64,000 bases of DNA from assembly GCA_964016885.1 (NCBI GenBank), contig OZ024743.1, forward strand, positions 218,984,001 to 219,048,000. Direction: 5' to 3'. Positions 11,938 through 24,734 of this stretch are shown here, piece by piece. This DNA is from Eledone cirrhosa. Lineage: Eukaryota. The notes under the pieces were generated by a model. That model saw only the letters and a program-made list of their open reading frames with translations. It made no database searches and was not told where the DNA came from. Each line of letters opens with the position of its first letter. Position 1 is the stretch's first letter. The position numbers and the translations under genes are program-made.

Positions 11938-12400
11938 GGGCGGTGGATTGCCAGGATCGGTAGAGCGTCGAGCAACATGCTTTGTGGCATAGAGTTACAC
12001 CTCTTTACGTTCTAAGTTCAAATCCTGCCGAGGGTAGCTTTGGCTTTCATCCTTACGGGGTCGATAAAATACGATAAAATAAAGTACCAGTAACGCACTG
12101 GGGTCGATTTAATCGACTTCCCCTCGTCGAAATTGCTGGCATTGTGCATATAGTAGAAACAATTATTAGATATTGTTATAGGGCGGTGGGTTGGCAGGGT
12201 CGGTAGAGCGTCGGACAACATGCTTTGCAGCATAGAGTTACGCCCATTTACGTTCTGAGTTCAAATCCTGCTGAGGTTAACTTTGTCTTTCATCCTTACG
12301 GGGTCGATAAAATAAAGTACCAGTACGCACTGAGATCGATTTAATCGACTTTCTCCTTCCCTTCAAATTGCTGGCCTTGTGTCAAATGTAGAACCAATTA
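11938..12400 (+). mobile_element. Two tandem tRNA-SINEs (family 1)
   Basis: Copies at 11938-12168 and 12180-12400, each preceded by ATTAGATATTGTTATA (TSD-like); A- and B-boxes present. Confidence 0.9.
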
Positions 12401-12554
12401 TTGTTCACAAAAAGAAATGCTATTTAATATATCTCCTCAAATAAAATGGAGAAAATATCCAAATATAAAACCTAGAAGTAGGGATAAACCGAATGTAGAT
12501 GATGAAAACAGAAACAATCCTTATAATAATAGGTGCTGAGAGAATTAAAAAACC

Positions 12555-12655
12555 TTATGGGGCCGATAAAATAAAGTACCAGTACTGGAGGCGATTTAAT
12601 CGATTTTCCCCTCTCCCAAATTGCTACCCCTGTACCTAAATCAAAAATCATTATT
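12555..12655 (+). mobile_element. 5'-truncated tRNA-SINE (family 1)
   Basis: GGGGCCGATAAAATAAAGTACCAG...TGTACCTAAA...ATTATT tail. Confidence 0.65.
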
Positions 12656-12919
12656 AGATATTGTTAACATGAAAATCTAAAAATTAATTAAAACAAGAAA
12701 TGCTCACATTTGTTTTTAACTTTGAAATTGCATTCAAGCGTTCTCTCCTGCGTTCTATTTCTTGAAACAGGACAAGCAAGAAATAGATATATATCCAAAT
12801 TTTTTTAAAACCCACTAAAACAACTGAACTAACCTGAAAGCAATATGGAGATTTAATGAGGATCTTATAATGTTCACATATACACACACATTTCTTCTTA
12901 GCTTCGTACGGGCGTATAA

Positions 12920-13069
<150 letters not shown>

Positions 13070-13754
13070 GACCAATATTTAAATTTTATTCAGATGTCAT
13101 TACAAATATGCAGATTTAATTATTTGCCTAAGAATGCCTAATTTCTGATTTCAATTAATTAACTTTTGAAATATAAATACTTTACGTTTTCGTTATCCTA
13201 AAACAGACCCATTTACTTATTTCTTTTAACAACATGGTTTATGTAATTTTTCTATGTTGATCTACATTTATCCATAAATTATGAAAGTTCTACTGATATG
13301 GAAATGTGGGAAAGACTTGCATGACATTAGTTGATACTATATTTGTAACTTTAAAGGTCAATATTTTGTGATATGAAATGAAACTAGAATTAACTTTCTC
13401 GCATAAAAAAAAGAAAATATTTTCTTTCTTTTTCTTTCCTATTTCAATAAACATTACGAAAAATAAAATCAAGCAAAATTTACTTAAATGTTTATGATAT
13501 ACAATAATGAAAGTATTTTTTAACGATAAATTATAAACAAAAAAAGAAAAAATTAAGAGATGTGAAGGGAAAGGAATGGATCAAATTCAACAGCCTTGGT
13601 TAGGTGTTACATCTCAGCTGTACCCCACGGACAATATAGCGACAGTATTGCTGAGAAGAGCAGCCATCGACAACGTTCAATTTTTAAAATCATATAAACA
13701 GTTAAATATTATATTACTTACATTTTCAAACTATTTCAGTTACATGGATATAAT

Positions 13755-14058
13755 TACTAGTAGCTGTCTGTTTAACGATCAATAAATGAACCAGTTTCAA
13801 TAGATTGTTGAGGTATATCCCAGTTAGATGAATATAACTACTAATAGACGTCGTTTTAACGATCAGTTAATAAACTAGTTAAAACAGATTGTCGAGGTAT
13901 ATTTCAGTTGGATTAATAATTTATCTACTAGTGCCTGTTAGTTTAAATAACAGTAAACGAACCAGTTAAAACAGATTGTCGAGGTATATTTCAGTTGGAT
14001 AATGAAATAACTACTCGTATCAATTAGTAAATAAACCAGTTAAACCAAATTGTCGAAG
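13755..14058 (+). repeat. Diverged minisatellite, about 4 copies of a 75-90 bp unit
   Basis: AACCAGTTAAAACAGATTGTCGAGGTATATTTCAGTTGGAT recurs near 13789, 13873, 13960 and 14034. Confidence 0.75.
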
Positions 14059-14408
14059 GGGAACGACGAAATAGCACATATTTTCTAGTTCTTCAACCTG
14101 CCTGACAACTCTCTCTTTAGCAACTTGTATAACCGCAATTGTAAATATATTTTTATGTTCTATTCTTTTCTTTTTATCCTTTTATCCTGGTTGCTGTCAT
14201 TATACGGCGGCCATACCACAGCAACGTTATGAAAGAGTTTAGTCAATCATAGCAACACAAATTCTTTTTCTTTTCAAGTGAGGTACTTATTTTATCAATT
14301 GCTTTTTTTCGAATCCCTATTTCACTAGACATAAAGAATAAACTTAAACACAGACACGGACATACATACATACATACATACATACATACATACATACATA
14401 CATACATA

Positions 14409-14837
14409 CATGGTGGCTGCCAACTCGTTTTCGAGTATGACCACTACTTTATATCCATGTAGGAGAACTCATACCGATGCGCTGAACGAGTGTGACTTTT
14501 TAGTCCAGCCAGCGACTTGAAAACTCTGGTACAAACACTACACTTGTGACAATTATTGACACATAGTGCTGGGCCCATGGTTCCATGTGACGACAAGTGC
14601 AGAGAGATCTCCAGATATAAAGCAATGCCTGTGCCGTGAAGCTTTTATAGTGATCAAAGGCACTGCACAAAGCCAGTCCCACTCTCTTAAACAAGATGAT
14701 ATTTACCAAAAAGAATAACAGGTCAATATCATTGGATACCATCAGGGTTGCAGGTGTTATATCAGAGTTTTCCTTCTCCTAGAATTCTGCCTTGACAAAG
14801 GCTAAGGAGTCATCTCTCCCGGTGATTTTGGATGGCA
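14409..14837 (-). mobile_element. Non-autonomous RTE-derived element family 1, 5'-truncated
   Basis: Same family as 4814-5422; (TACA)n on both sides (14361-14410 and 14836-14956). Confidence 0.9.
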
Positions 14838-14865
14838 TACATACATACATACATACATACATACA

Positions 14866-14899
<34 letters not shown>

Positions 14900-14952
14900 C
14901 ATACATACATACATACATACATACATACATACATACATACATACATACATAC

Positions 14953-16781
14953 ATACGAACCTTACCCATAATTTCTTTGTGTGCGAACCCAACCCATAAT
15001 TTCTTTGTGGGCGATCTGAAACTCTATGCCAAGAACATGGATGGGATGAAGAAAAATCTTGACCTGGTTACAACGTTCTCAAAGGATATAGGAATGGTGT
15101 TTGGCCAAGATAAATGCTCATATATGACTGTAAAGCGGGGGAAAACAACAACCCAATCAGGCAACATTTTTATCAATGGCCTAACTGTTCGCCGATATCT
15201 GATGAGGACTGCTACAGATACCTGGGGATAGATGAGAACATATCCTATAATGGTATCTGTAATAAGGAACGCGTAACCAGGGAATACTACACCCGATTAA
15301 AAAAGATCTGGTCATCGGAACTCTCTGCGCAAAACAAAACAGTGGCTCACAATGTGTTTGCTGTGCCTGTCCTAACGCCAACGTTTGGAATACTCAATTG
15401 GACGATAGACGAAATCTGAACAGTTGATGTTGGAACTCGAAAAATACTAAACTACACCGGAAACTTCCACATCAACAGTGACACAGACCGCCTTTACTTG
15501 AAACGTAAGCAGGGAGGCAGAGGCCTAACATCAGTCCAGACAACATTTGAATGTCGCATCATATCTCTCCGACAACATCTACGAACCTCTAAGCGTGGGA
15601 GCCCGCTTCTCGAGCAAGTGTATCTGCATGAAACAGATAAGATCATGAGAGTTGGGAAGGAACTCCTCAAGAGATATTCCCTGTGTGATAATCAAAAACT
15701 CACACCCAGTGAAGTCGCTCAGCAGTATCGCAGTGAATCCATGGATGAAAAACTGCATACTTATCAGCAAAAATTCATGCATGGATATGTTGCCAGGAAG
15801 CTCCAGAGTGAGAGTAATATAGATAAGGAAAGTAGTCTATCTTGGACCAACAACCGCTATATTGGCTCCCACTTTGAAGGATACGCTTTTGCAATCCAAG
15901 AACAGGAGATTAACACGAAATACCTGATTCACAAAAGAGATAGGGATGCAGGCAAAGCAGCTAGATGTGATAACAAGTGCAGACTCTGCAGAACTAACAT
16001 CGAGGATATCACCCATGTCATCAGCAGCTGTCCAAAGATGTCATCGCGGTACTATATACCTATGAGGAATGATGTAGTGGCCAAAACACTGTACAATGCA
16101 GTTCGTAAAAAAGATAGCCCCGATAATAAACACATTAAAAGCTACAGCAATGTGGAAGACATCCATGTACATAATATGAAAGAGTACTGGTGGAATGTTC
16201 CAGTAAAAACCCCAATAAAATGCAGGCATAACAGACCAGATATTATGATATGGGACAGGGAGAAGAAAGCATGCACAGTAGTGTAAATTAGCTGCCCAGC
16301 AGATGCCAATATAATATCAAAGATTAGTGAAAAGGAGAATATTTATGCAGAACTGATGAGAAATCTGCAGATACTCCACCCTGATTACACCATCAGATTT
16401 ATGCCTGTGACTATTGGGGCACTGGGGTGTGTTAGTAACTGCCTCAATACAAATCTTGAGAAGCTGGGGTTCACAGGAACAGAAAGAACACAACTAGTTA
16501 GGAAATTACAAGTACAATCCATTAATGGAACAGTAAAAATATGTAAAACATTCCAAAAATATTGCATCTAATAACTGCATATACACATATACAGATGCAA
16601 AGCATATACACATGCACACATACAACTCAAAACATACACATCCACACATACAATAACATCCATATCTACACATGCAGGCATACATACATATCTACCTAGT
16701 TGATGTTGTGTAAATTCCAATGAGAGAGTCTTGTGTCTATGTTAGAAACCGACTCTCTCTCTATTAGTAAAACTTTGTGAA
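14953..16781 (+). mobile_element. R4/Dong-type RLE retrotransposon family B, 5'-truncated pseudogene
   Basis: RT (FFVGDLKLY, YRYLG), CCHC finger CRLCRTNIEDITHVISSC, RND, RLE RPDIMI..VV*ISCP. Frameshift near 15190 and stops at 15417 and 16284; (TACA)n both sides. Confidence 0.9.
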
Positions 16782-16837
16782 CATACATACATACATACAT
16801 ACATACATACATACATACATACATACATACATACATA

Positions 16838-17448
16838 CATGGTGGCTGCCAACTCGTTTTCGAGTACGGCCACTACTTTATATCCATGTAGGAGAACCCC
16901 TACCGATGCGCTGAACGAGTGTGACTTTTTAGTCCAGCCAGCGACTTGAAAACTCTGGTACAAACACTACACTTGTAACAATTATTGACACACAGTGCTG
17001 GGCCCATGGTACCATGTGACGACAAGTGCTGAGAGATCTCCAGATATAAAGCAATGCCTGTGCCGTGAAGCTTTTATAGTGAGCAAAGGCACTGCACAAA
17101 GCCAGTCCCACTCGCTTAACCAAGATGATATTTACCAAAAAGAAGAACAAGTCAACATCATTAGATACCATCAGGGTTACAGGTGTTATATCAGAGTTTT
17201 CCTTCTCCTAGAATTCTGCCTTGACAAAGGCTAAGGGGTCATCTCTCCCGGTGATTTTGGATAGCCATTGACTCTTAAAAGCTCCTTTGCCCTTTGACAG
17301 GTTTTGTTTTTAGTCCTGCAGGATGTCCAAAGTCACCCTCCTCACCAAGAAACCTTGGTGGGGTTGCCAGTTTAGTCGCCAACGATCCGACCATGAGACA
17401 GGTTGTACTTGGATACATGTTACCAGTAGCACCAACTGGTGACCTGAC
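16838..17448 (-). mobile_element. Non-autonomous RTE-derived element family 1, full length
   Basis: Same family as 4814-5422; (TACA)n on both sides. Confidence 0.9.
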
Positions 17449-17577
17449 ACACAATACATACATACATACATGATACACAATACATACATACATACATGCA
17501 TACATACATACATACATACATACATACATACATACATACATACATACATACATACATACATACATACATACATACAT

Positions 17578-19745
17578 AGAACAAAGATACGCACTTGGCA
17601 CAAAACTACCGACCCATTGCATGCCAGAACCTGATGTATAAAATATATACAGCCTGTTTGAACCTATTTCTCCAAGACCACTGCGATAGTAATAGCATCA
17701 TCACAGATGAACAAGTAGCTGGAAAGAAAGGCGGTTGGGTGTATGCTGAACAACTCCTAATTAACAAAACCGTGATCTCAGAATTACGATAACTTAGGAG
17801 GAATATGGTTACAGTCTGGCTGGACTACAGTTAAGCATCTGATTCTGTCCCCATTCTGTCCAGACCCTATTATCAGAGCCATAGAGAACCTATCTTCTTC
17901 TTGGGCTACTATCCTAAAGTTAAAGACAGAGGAGGACTCTATTTTCATTGATAAAATAAAATATCACAGGGGTATATTTCAAGGAGACAGTCTCTCTGTG
18001 CTATTATTTATCCTGTCTTTAAACCCTCTTCCTTTCTGCTCGAGAAATGTGAAGGATACATCATTGGCTCACAGGAAGACAGAAATACGAACCTAACCGA
18101 TAATTTCTTTGTGGATGACCTGAAACTCTATGCCAAGAACATAAATGGGATGAAGAAAAATCTTGACCTGGTTACAACGTTCTCAAAGGATCTAGGAATG
18201 GATTTTTGCCAGGATAAATGTTCATATATAACTGTAAAGCGGGGGGAAAACTACAACCAAATCTAGCAACATTGTCATCAATGGCCTAACTGTTTCACCG
18301 ATATCTGACGAGGACTGTTACAGATGCCTAGGGATAGATGAGAATATATCTTATGATGCTATCTGTAAAAAGGAACGCGTAACCAGGGAATATTACATCC
18401 GATTAAGAAAAATATGGCCATCAAAACTCTCTGCGCACAATAAAACAGTGGCTCACAATGTCTTTGCTGAGCCTGTCCTAACACGAACGTTTGGAATAAT
18501 CGATTTGACGATAGACAAAATCCGAGCAGTTGATGTTGGAACTCGAAAAGTCCCAAACAACACTGGAAACTTCCACGTCAACAGTGGCACAGACCGCCTT
18601 TACTTGAAACGGGAGCAGGGAGGCAGAGGCCTAACATCAATCCAGACAGCATTTGAGTGTCACATCATATCCCTCCGACAACATCTACGAACCTCTAAGC
18701 GTAGGAGCCCATATATTGAGCAAGTCTGTCTGCATGAAACAGATAAGATCATAAAAATTGGGAAGGAACTCCTTGAAAGATACTCTTTGTGTGATAATCA
18801 AAAACTCACACCCAGGGAAATTGCCCAACAGTACCGCAGCGAACCCATGGATGAAAAACTGCATGTTTATCAGCAAAACATCATGCGTTGATATGTTGCC
18901 AGGAAGATCCAGAGTGAGAGTAATATAGATCAACAAAGTAGTCTATCTTGGATCAACAACCGATATATTGGCTCCCACTTTAAGAACAGGAAATAATTAC
19001 AAAATACCTGTTACACAAAGGGATAAGTATTCAAGCAAAATAACTAGATGCGACAACAAATGCAGAGTCTGCAGATTTAACATCGAAGATGTCACCCATG
19101 TCATAAGCAGCTGTCCAAAGATGTCATCACGGTACTATCTACCTATGAGGCATGATGTAGTAGCCAAAACACTATACAATGCAATCCGACAATAAACACA
19201 TTAAAAGCTACAGCGATGTGGAAGACATGCATATACATATACATAAAATGAAAGAGTAGTGGTGGAATGTTCCAGTCAAAACCCAAATAAAATGCAAACA
19301 TAACAGACCAGATATAATGTTATGGAATTGGGAAAAGAAGGCATGCACAGTAGTGAAAGTTAGCTGCCCAGTAGATGCCAATGTAATATTAAAGATTAGC
19401 GAAAAGGAGAATATCTATGCAGAACTAATAAGGAATCTGCAGATAGTCCACCCTGACTATATCTTCAGATTTATACCTGTGATTACTAAGGCACCAGGAT
19501 ATGTTAGTAACTGCCTCAACACAAATCTTGAGAGGGCTTCACAGAAACAGAAAGAACACGGCTAGTTAGGAAATTACAAGTACACTCCATTAATGAAACA
19601 GTACAAATATGTAAATCATTCCAAAGATTCTGCATCTAATAACTGCATATACACTTGTACAGATACAAAACATATGCACATGCGCATATATAACTCAAAA
19701 CATGCACATCCACACATACAATAACATCCATATCTGCACACACAC
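17578..19745 (+). mobile_element. R4/Dong family B, older 5'-truncated copy with many disablements
   Basis: NYRPIACQN, GIFQGDSLS, FFVDDLKLY, CRVC..HVISSC, MRHDVVA, KVSCP. 5' flank is (TACA)n; the 3'UTR is cut off at the Tx1 fragment. Confidence 0.88.
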
Positions 19746-19752
19746 GCACGTA

Positions 19753-20563
19753 TGTGTGAGCTGGGGACAGGCAGCCCTCAGGTGACGCCTACCCTCCACA
19801 ATAATGTTGAGATGGGTACGGTCATCCAGCATGATGCGCTCAGGGATTTGGGCGATACGTTCTGGCCTTATTTGGGTCAGAACTTCGATGCTCGTTCCAC
19901 TGAACGCGTCGCCAGATGCCTTCCCTATTGAAATGAGGTTGTCCTCGTCTAAATTGAGGAAACCGGTTAGTAACCACCAGTAGTTTATGTTTGGGGTGAT
20001 GGTGGTTATCCATATTCTCTGGGGTTTTTTACCCATGTAGGTGGGGAAGAAGGTGTAGTGTGTGGAACGAATTGGCGACACAGAGTATTTTTTCGCCGCC
20101 AATTCGTCTTTCATCAATATGGATAAACTCCCATAGAGTTTATCCTTTTGTATGAAAGTGATGTCTCTCATCGCTTCTTTCAGTACTAACTGAATTTCAG
20201 CTTGAGATGGTTGTGCTGGTTTTTTTGTTTTATTTAAAATTGTACGGAATACGACAGTTCGTAATTCCGTCTGTTTTTTTAGTTCTGGAGGTGAATTTAT
20301 AGAAAACGAACCGTTTTCGCCAAAAGATACATATTTCTTGGCTTTTTCCAGCATTTCTTTTGCTTTTGAAATATCTTCAAGCACATACGTGACTGATAAT
20401 TTAGCCGTTTGTGCAAAAGATATTTTGTTTTCGTTGTTGGTATTGTTTTGTTTCTCGTCGTTTGAGTTGTTTTCATCTTTGTTGTTGTTGTTGTCTTTCT
20501 CGTTTGGTGTGTGGATACTTGTGACGTTTGTGTTGTTGTTGTTTTTGTTGTCTTTATTGTTGC

Positions 20564-20594
<31 letters not shown>

Positions 20595-20993
20595 GTTTTC
20601 AAATTCTTGTGTAGTTGTGGCTACATCTAGTGGTCGGTCAACAGGTGAAGACAATTCTTCCTCTCTCTGACCTCTGTCTTTGGCATCTGCTGCTGTGACA
20701 GTGGCAGGGGGAAGCTGTGAGTATGACTTCCCCTTTCCTTCTTTGATTGTTGGTGAAGATGCTTCAGCCATTTTTCTCAAAATAGGGTTTTTCGAAATTT
20801 TTCGAAAGATAAAATGTTTACAACACTATTTCGCCCAAAGGCGCAGAATATTTTGAGAGACTGACCAGATCAAAATTTGACCTGGCAGTCCCTCTACAAA
20901 ATGGTACAAAAATGAAAGTTTACAGTTCACAATTTCCGGATAAATTTAAACGAAACTTACCGAGCGAGCTCAGCACATGTGTCCATCGTAAAG
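19753..20993 (-). mobile_element. Tx1-type LINE family A, 5' portion only (5'UTR plus ORF1 N-terminus)
   Basis: Homologous to 25533-26803; 30-bp deletion removes most of the CCHC knuckle; ends abruptly against the R4-B 3'UTR. Confidence 0.88.
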
Positions 20994-21272
20994 AGATTGA
21001 TAGATATGTTTCTTTTATTTGCCACTAGGGCATCAAAAGTGGGACAAGTACAAAGGGGGGAGTTTACACAAAAAAAGGCGTCCTCAATAAGGAGGAGGCA
21101 ATAACAAAATATAAAAATAAAATAAGATATAACAAAAAATAAAATTTATAACAAAATCCTCAATAGAGAGGAGGCGCCTTGGGGGGTCGCACACACCCCC
21201 GAAAAAAGTGTGCAACCCTTTTCCTCAGGAGCACAGAGAGGGGGTGCTCCCTCGTTCCTTCCTCTTTTCCAC

Positions 21273-24200
21273 CTACAGGCTTATGTAAAGAGAAGGCCCA
21301 TTCACACGGGCCATTCTCGCCACTTTCACCCACCTTTCATAAAAACGACTGGGGTGCAGCACCTCTCTCTCCATCCTGATCCTTCTTCCGAAATGATATC
21401 GGAAGAAACGGACCAGTTGTTGGCCAGAGAGAAAGGTGCCTGACCTCAGTCCTTTCAGACGCGTCCACCATACAACCTCTTTCGCCATGGCTATTACGCA
21501 CAGAAACACCGCCTCTGCTTCATCTTTGAAGGGGGGAGGCGGCTTGATCATTACAATAGACTCGGTGGTCAACCGGATCGGTCCCACCCTTGACAGCAGT
21601 TGTTCGACATAGCCCCACAGATCGGCTACGCCCGAGCAGTGTACCAATGCGTGTGCAACGGTTTCCTCGTCGCACACGCATCTGGGACAGATCTTTTTGG
21701 CGGGGTCCCTACCCGGGCGCCCGTGTCTGTAGAGCCTTTCTCGAACGGGTAAAGCCCCTCGGTAGCACTGCCAGGCCAGGGACTTCTGGAAGTTGTCCAT
21801 AGGTCCCGGGCTGAATGTCCTACCGAACAGGCTGGCCAGTTCGTCCTCCTCCATGTCTAGGGCTTCTCCGAGGGCGTCGTCGCACCTGCTGCGTACCAGC
21901 CCTCTATAGAATGTTGCGGTGGAGTCTCCACTGATAACCGGATCCGCCTGCCAGAGGGCGGTGAGCGCCTGGGCACACTCAGTGTGCCAGGCGCCCAGTT
22001 TTCTCGGTCTTTGCTTGACCCAGGATTGCAGCTCGGTGAGTGAGACGAGTCTGGGAAAGGTTCGTCTCACAAACGAGGCCCACACCGGTTGTCCGGTGAG
22101 GAATACGTAGAGGTGCCGTAGCCTTAATGCGTGTTTACGCATCATTAGCCACGGCATCCCCAGCCCTCCTTTCGAAGGGTGTTGACAGCAGATGGATCTC
22201 CTCACCATAGGAGCCCGCCTCTTCCAAAGGAATTGGAAGAGCGCGCGCTCCATCTTGGTGAGGGTTTCCCTTGGGCAGGGCACTACGGTCAGGCGCTAGT
22301 AGATGACGGACGCTATGTAGGTGTTCGCCACCTCCGCCCGACCTTTCAGGGATAGTTTGCAACTGGCCCACTTCTGGGTCAGTGCAAACACCCTGTTCGT
22401 AACCTCCGCCCAGTTTTTCTCCACCTGGAGGTCCGGTCCGAACCAGACCCCGAGCAACTTCACCGGGCCCTCCGTCCAGCGTCCGACGACGCCATCGGAG
22501 GGCATCGGTCTGCCCCTCCACGTGCCGAGTTGCAAACCGATCGACTTGTCCCGGTTCAGCTTAGCCCCTGTGAACTTTTCGTACTCCTCCAGTAAGGTGC
22601 CGACCGCCTCGATTTCGGAGGCCGTCGACACCATTACTGTCACGTCATCGGTGTAGGCTGACACCGCTTTCCGCAATCCCGGTTCCAAAGGGATGCCCTG
22701 CAACAACTCCAACTTCCGCAGTAGTGGCTCGAGAGTCAACACATACAGAAGGGAGGAGAGAGGGCACCCTTGTCGGATGGACCGCGCGATTTTGAACGGC
22801 TCCGAGAGGTAGCCGTTCACCTTGACCCTAGAGCAGATGCGGCTGCTGTGCATAGCAGTGATCCAGCCCCTGAAAACGGGTCCGAAGCCTGCCGCCGCTA
22901 GCACCGCATCCAGGTAACCATGGTCGACCCTATCGAACGCCTTAGATTGATCCAAGTTGATCAGAGCCCCACCAAAGCCGGGTTCGTTCCCAACCCTCTC
23001 TATGATGTATCGCATGAGGTGGAGGTTGTCATGGATGGACCTGGACGGGATAGCGCATGTCTGCGCATCTCCCACCAGGTTGCCCACGACAAGCGCCAAC
23101 CTCTTTGCTAGCACCTTGGCCAAAATCTGTAACTCTGTATTTAGCAGAGTTATGGGCCTGAAGTTACTTATTTCGTCCCCCTTGTTCTCGTCCTTCCTCA
23201 CTAGCGTGACTACGCCCTTGGTCACAGTACAGGGAATTCTCCCGTTCTGTCGCCAGTTGCAGTAGACCGCCTCGAGGAGATCGGGGAACAAGTCCGGCAT
23301 AGCTAGATATAATTCGTAAGGAAGACCATCGAGACCCGGGGATTTGCGTTTGCCGCATTGGCTCAGCACGTCCTCTATCTCAGCGGCCGAAATCGGCTCC
23401 TCGCAGGACTTCGCCTCCCTGTCCGAGAGGCGCGGCAGGCCGTCGAGGTATGGACCGAAGTCCACGTTCCCAACCGGCTCCCCGCCCCTCCCGAACAGTC
23501 GGGCAAAGTGCCTTTGAAAGGCCTCACACATCTGCTTAGGCTCAAGAATCGCCCGTCCATCCAGGTCTCGCAAAGACCGGATGGTGGATTTAGTTCCACT
23601 GTTGGCCTCTGTCACGCGGGCCCAGCTAACAGCTTTGGTCCCCTCATTCCCTAGAGCACGTATTTTACTTCGGACAACGCAGCCTTCGTGCTTCGCGTCG
23701 AAAAACTGGCTCAAAGCCGTTCTCGACGCTAGCACTCTGGCCACGTCGCCGCTTCTAATTGCCTCTTCTACTCTATCTATTAGCTCCCTTTCCTTCCTAT
23801 TCCTATCCGCAGCTAGAACCTTACTAAATTCTATCGAGACTACTCTAATCTCTCTCTTTAGAGATACCCACCACCTGCTGTTGACGATCGCTCCAGTCAA
23901 CCGTTCCTTAACTAACGTACTAATCCGATTCCTGTAGGCTCTACTTGCCGGCAAGGACAAGTTGAGCTTCCAGTAATCGGGGCCCTGTCTATGCGTTCTA
24001 TCAAGGTTGACCATGCAGGTCACCAACTTGTGGTCTGAATAGCCAACCATGAGCATTTCTGGACAACTTAAAAAGTCCCTGTCCTTATTTCTAACTAAAA
24101 ATCTATCTAGGTACGACCTAGATGATCCGCTGCGATTTGACCAAGACCAGGTTGGCACCGTCGGAAAATCTAGTCGAAATCTATCGGCCAGGTCAAATCG

Positions 24201-24710
24201 GCCGAGTAACCCCTTGAGGCTGTTGCACCCCTCTCTATCGGGACATGCCCCTGCATAGTCCCAACGTGCATCCAGGATACCATTCCAATCCCCCACTAAA
24301 AGCAGGGAACGGGACGTCCCTAGAAAAGACTCCAGACGCTGGAAAAAGTCGGGCCGCTCTGTCCCAAAAGGGGCATATGCGGCTATCAGCCTAAAGGCTC
24401 TACCTTCACCACTGCCAAGGTCCAGCACCACCAGTCAACCCCCTGGGTCCAAGTGAACTATCTGTGTTGCAAGGCCCATATGTTTTTGCAGCAGAACGAC
24501 AACCCCACCCCCACCTCCGGGCTGACAGAGAGATGCGTGCATCTCAAAGTCGTCAAAGGTGGGGGCTAGCTGTCGCATGCTGCTGATCCGGGCCTCGCAG
24601 ATAACCATCACATTTATAGATTGTGACCTGAGGTCATTTAGAAGCATTGCTTGCTTCCAAGACGAGCCCAGGCCACGCGCATTTAAACACCCTACTCTTA
24701 GCACAGCCAT
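21273..24710 (-). pseudogene. Tx1 ORF2: AP endonuclease, reverse transcriptase and C-terminal CCHC
   Basis: GCLNARGL, VGDWN, YLDRFLV, SDH (APE); SPGLDGL, FRPITLLN, LDQSKAFDRV, RQGCPLS, YTDD (RT); SKGGLG; CPRC..ETVAHALVHC. In-frame stops at 24435-24437 and 22296-22298. Confidence 0.9.
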
Positions 24711-24734
24711 GTTGGTGGTAAAGAGAAAAGGCAC

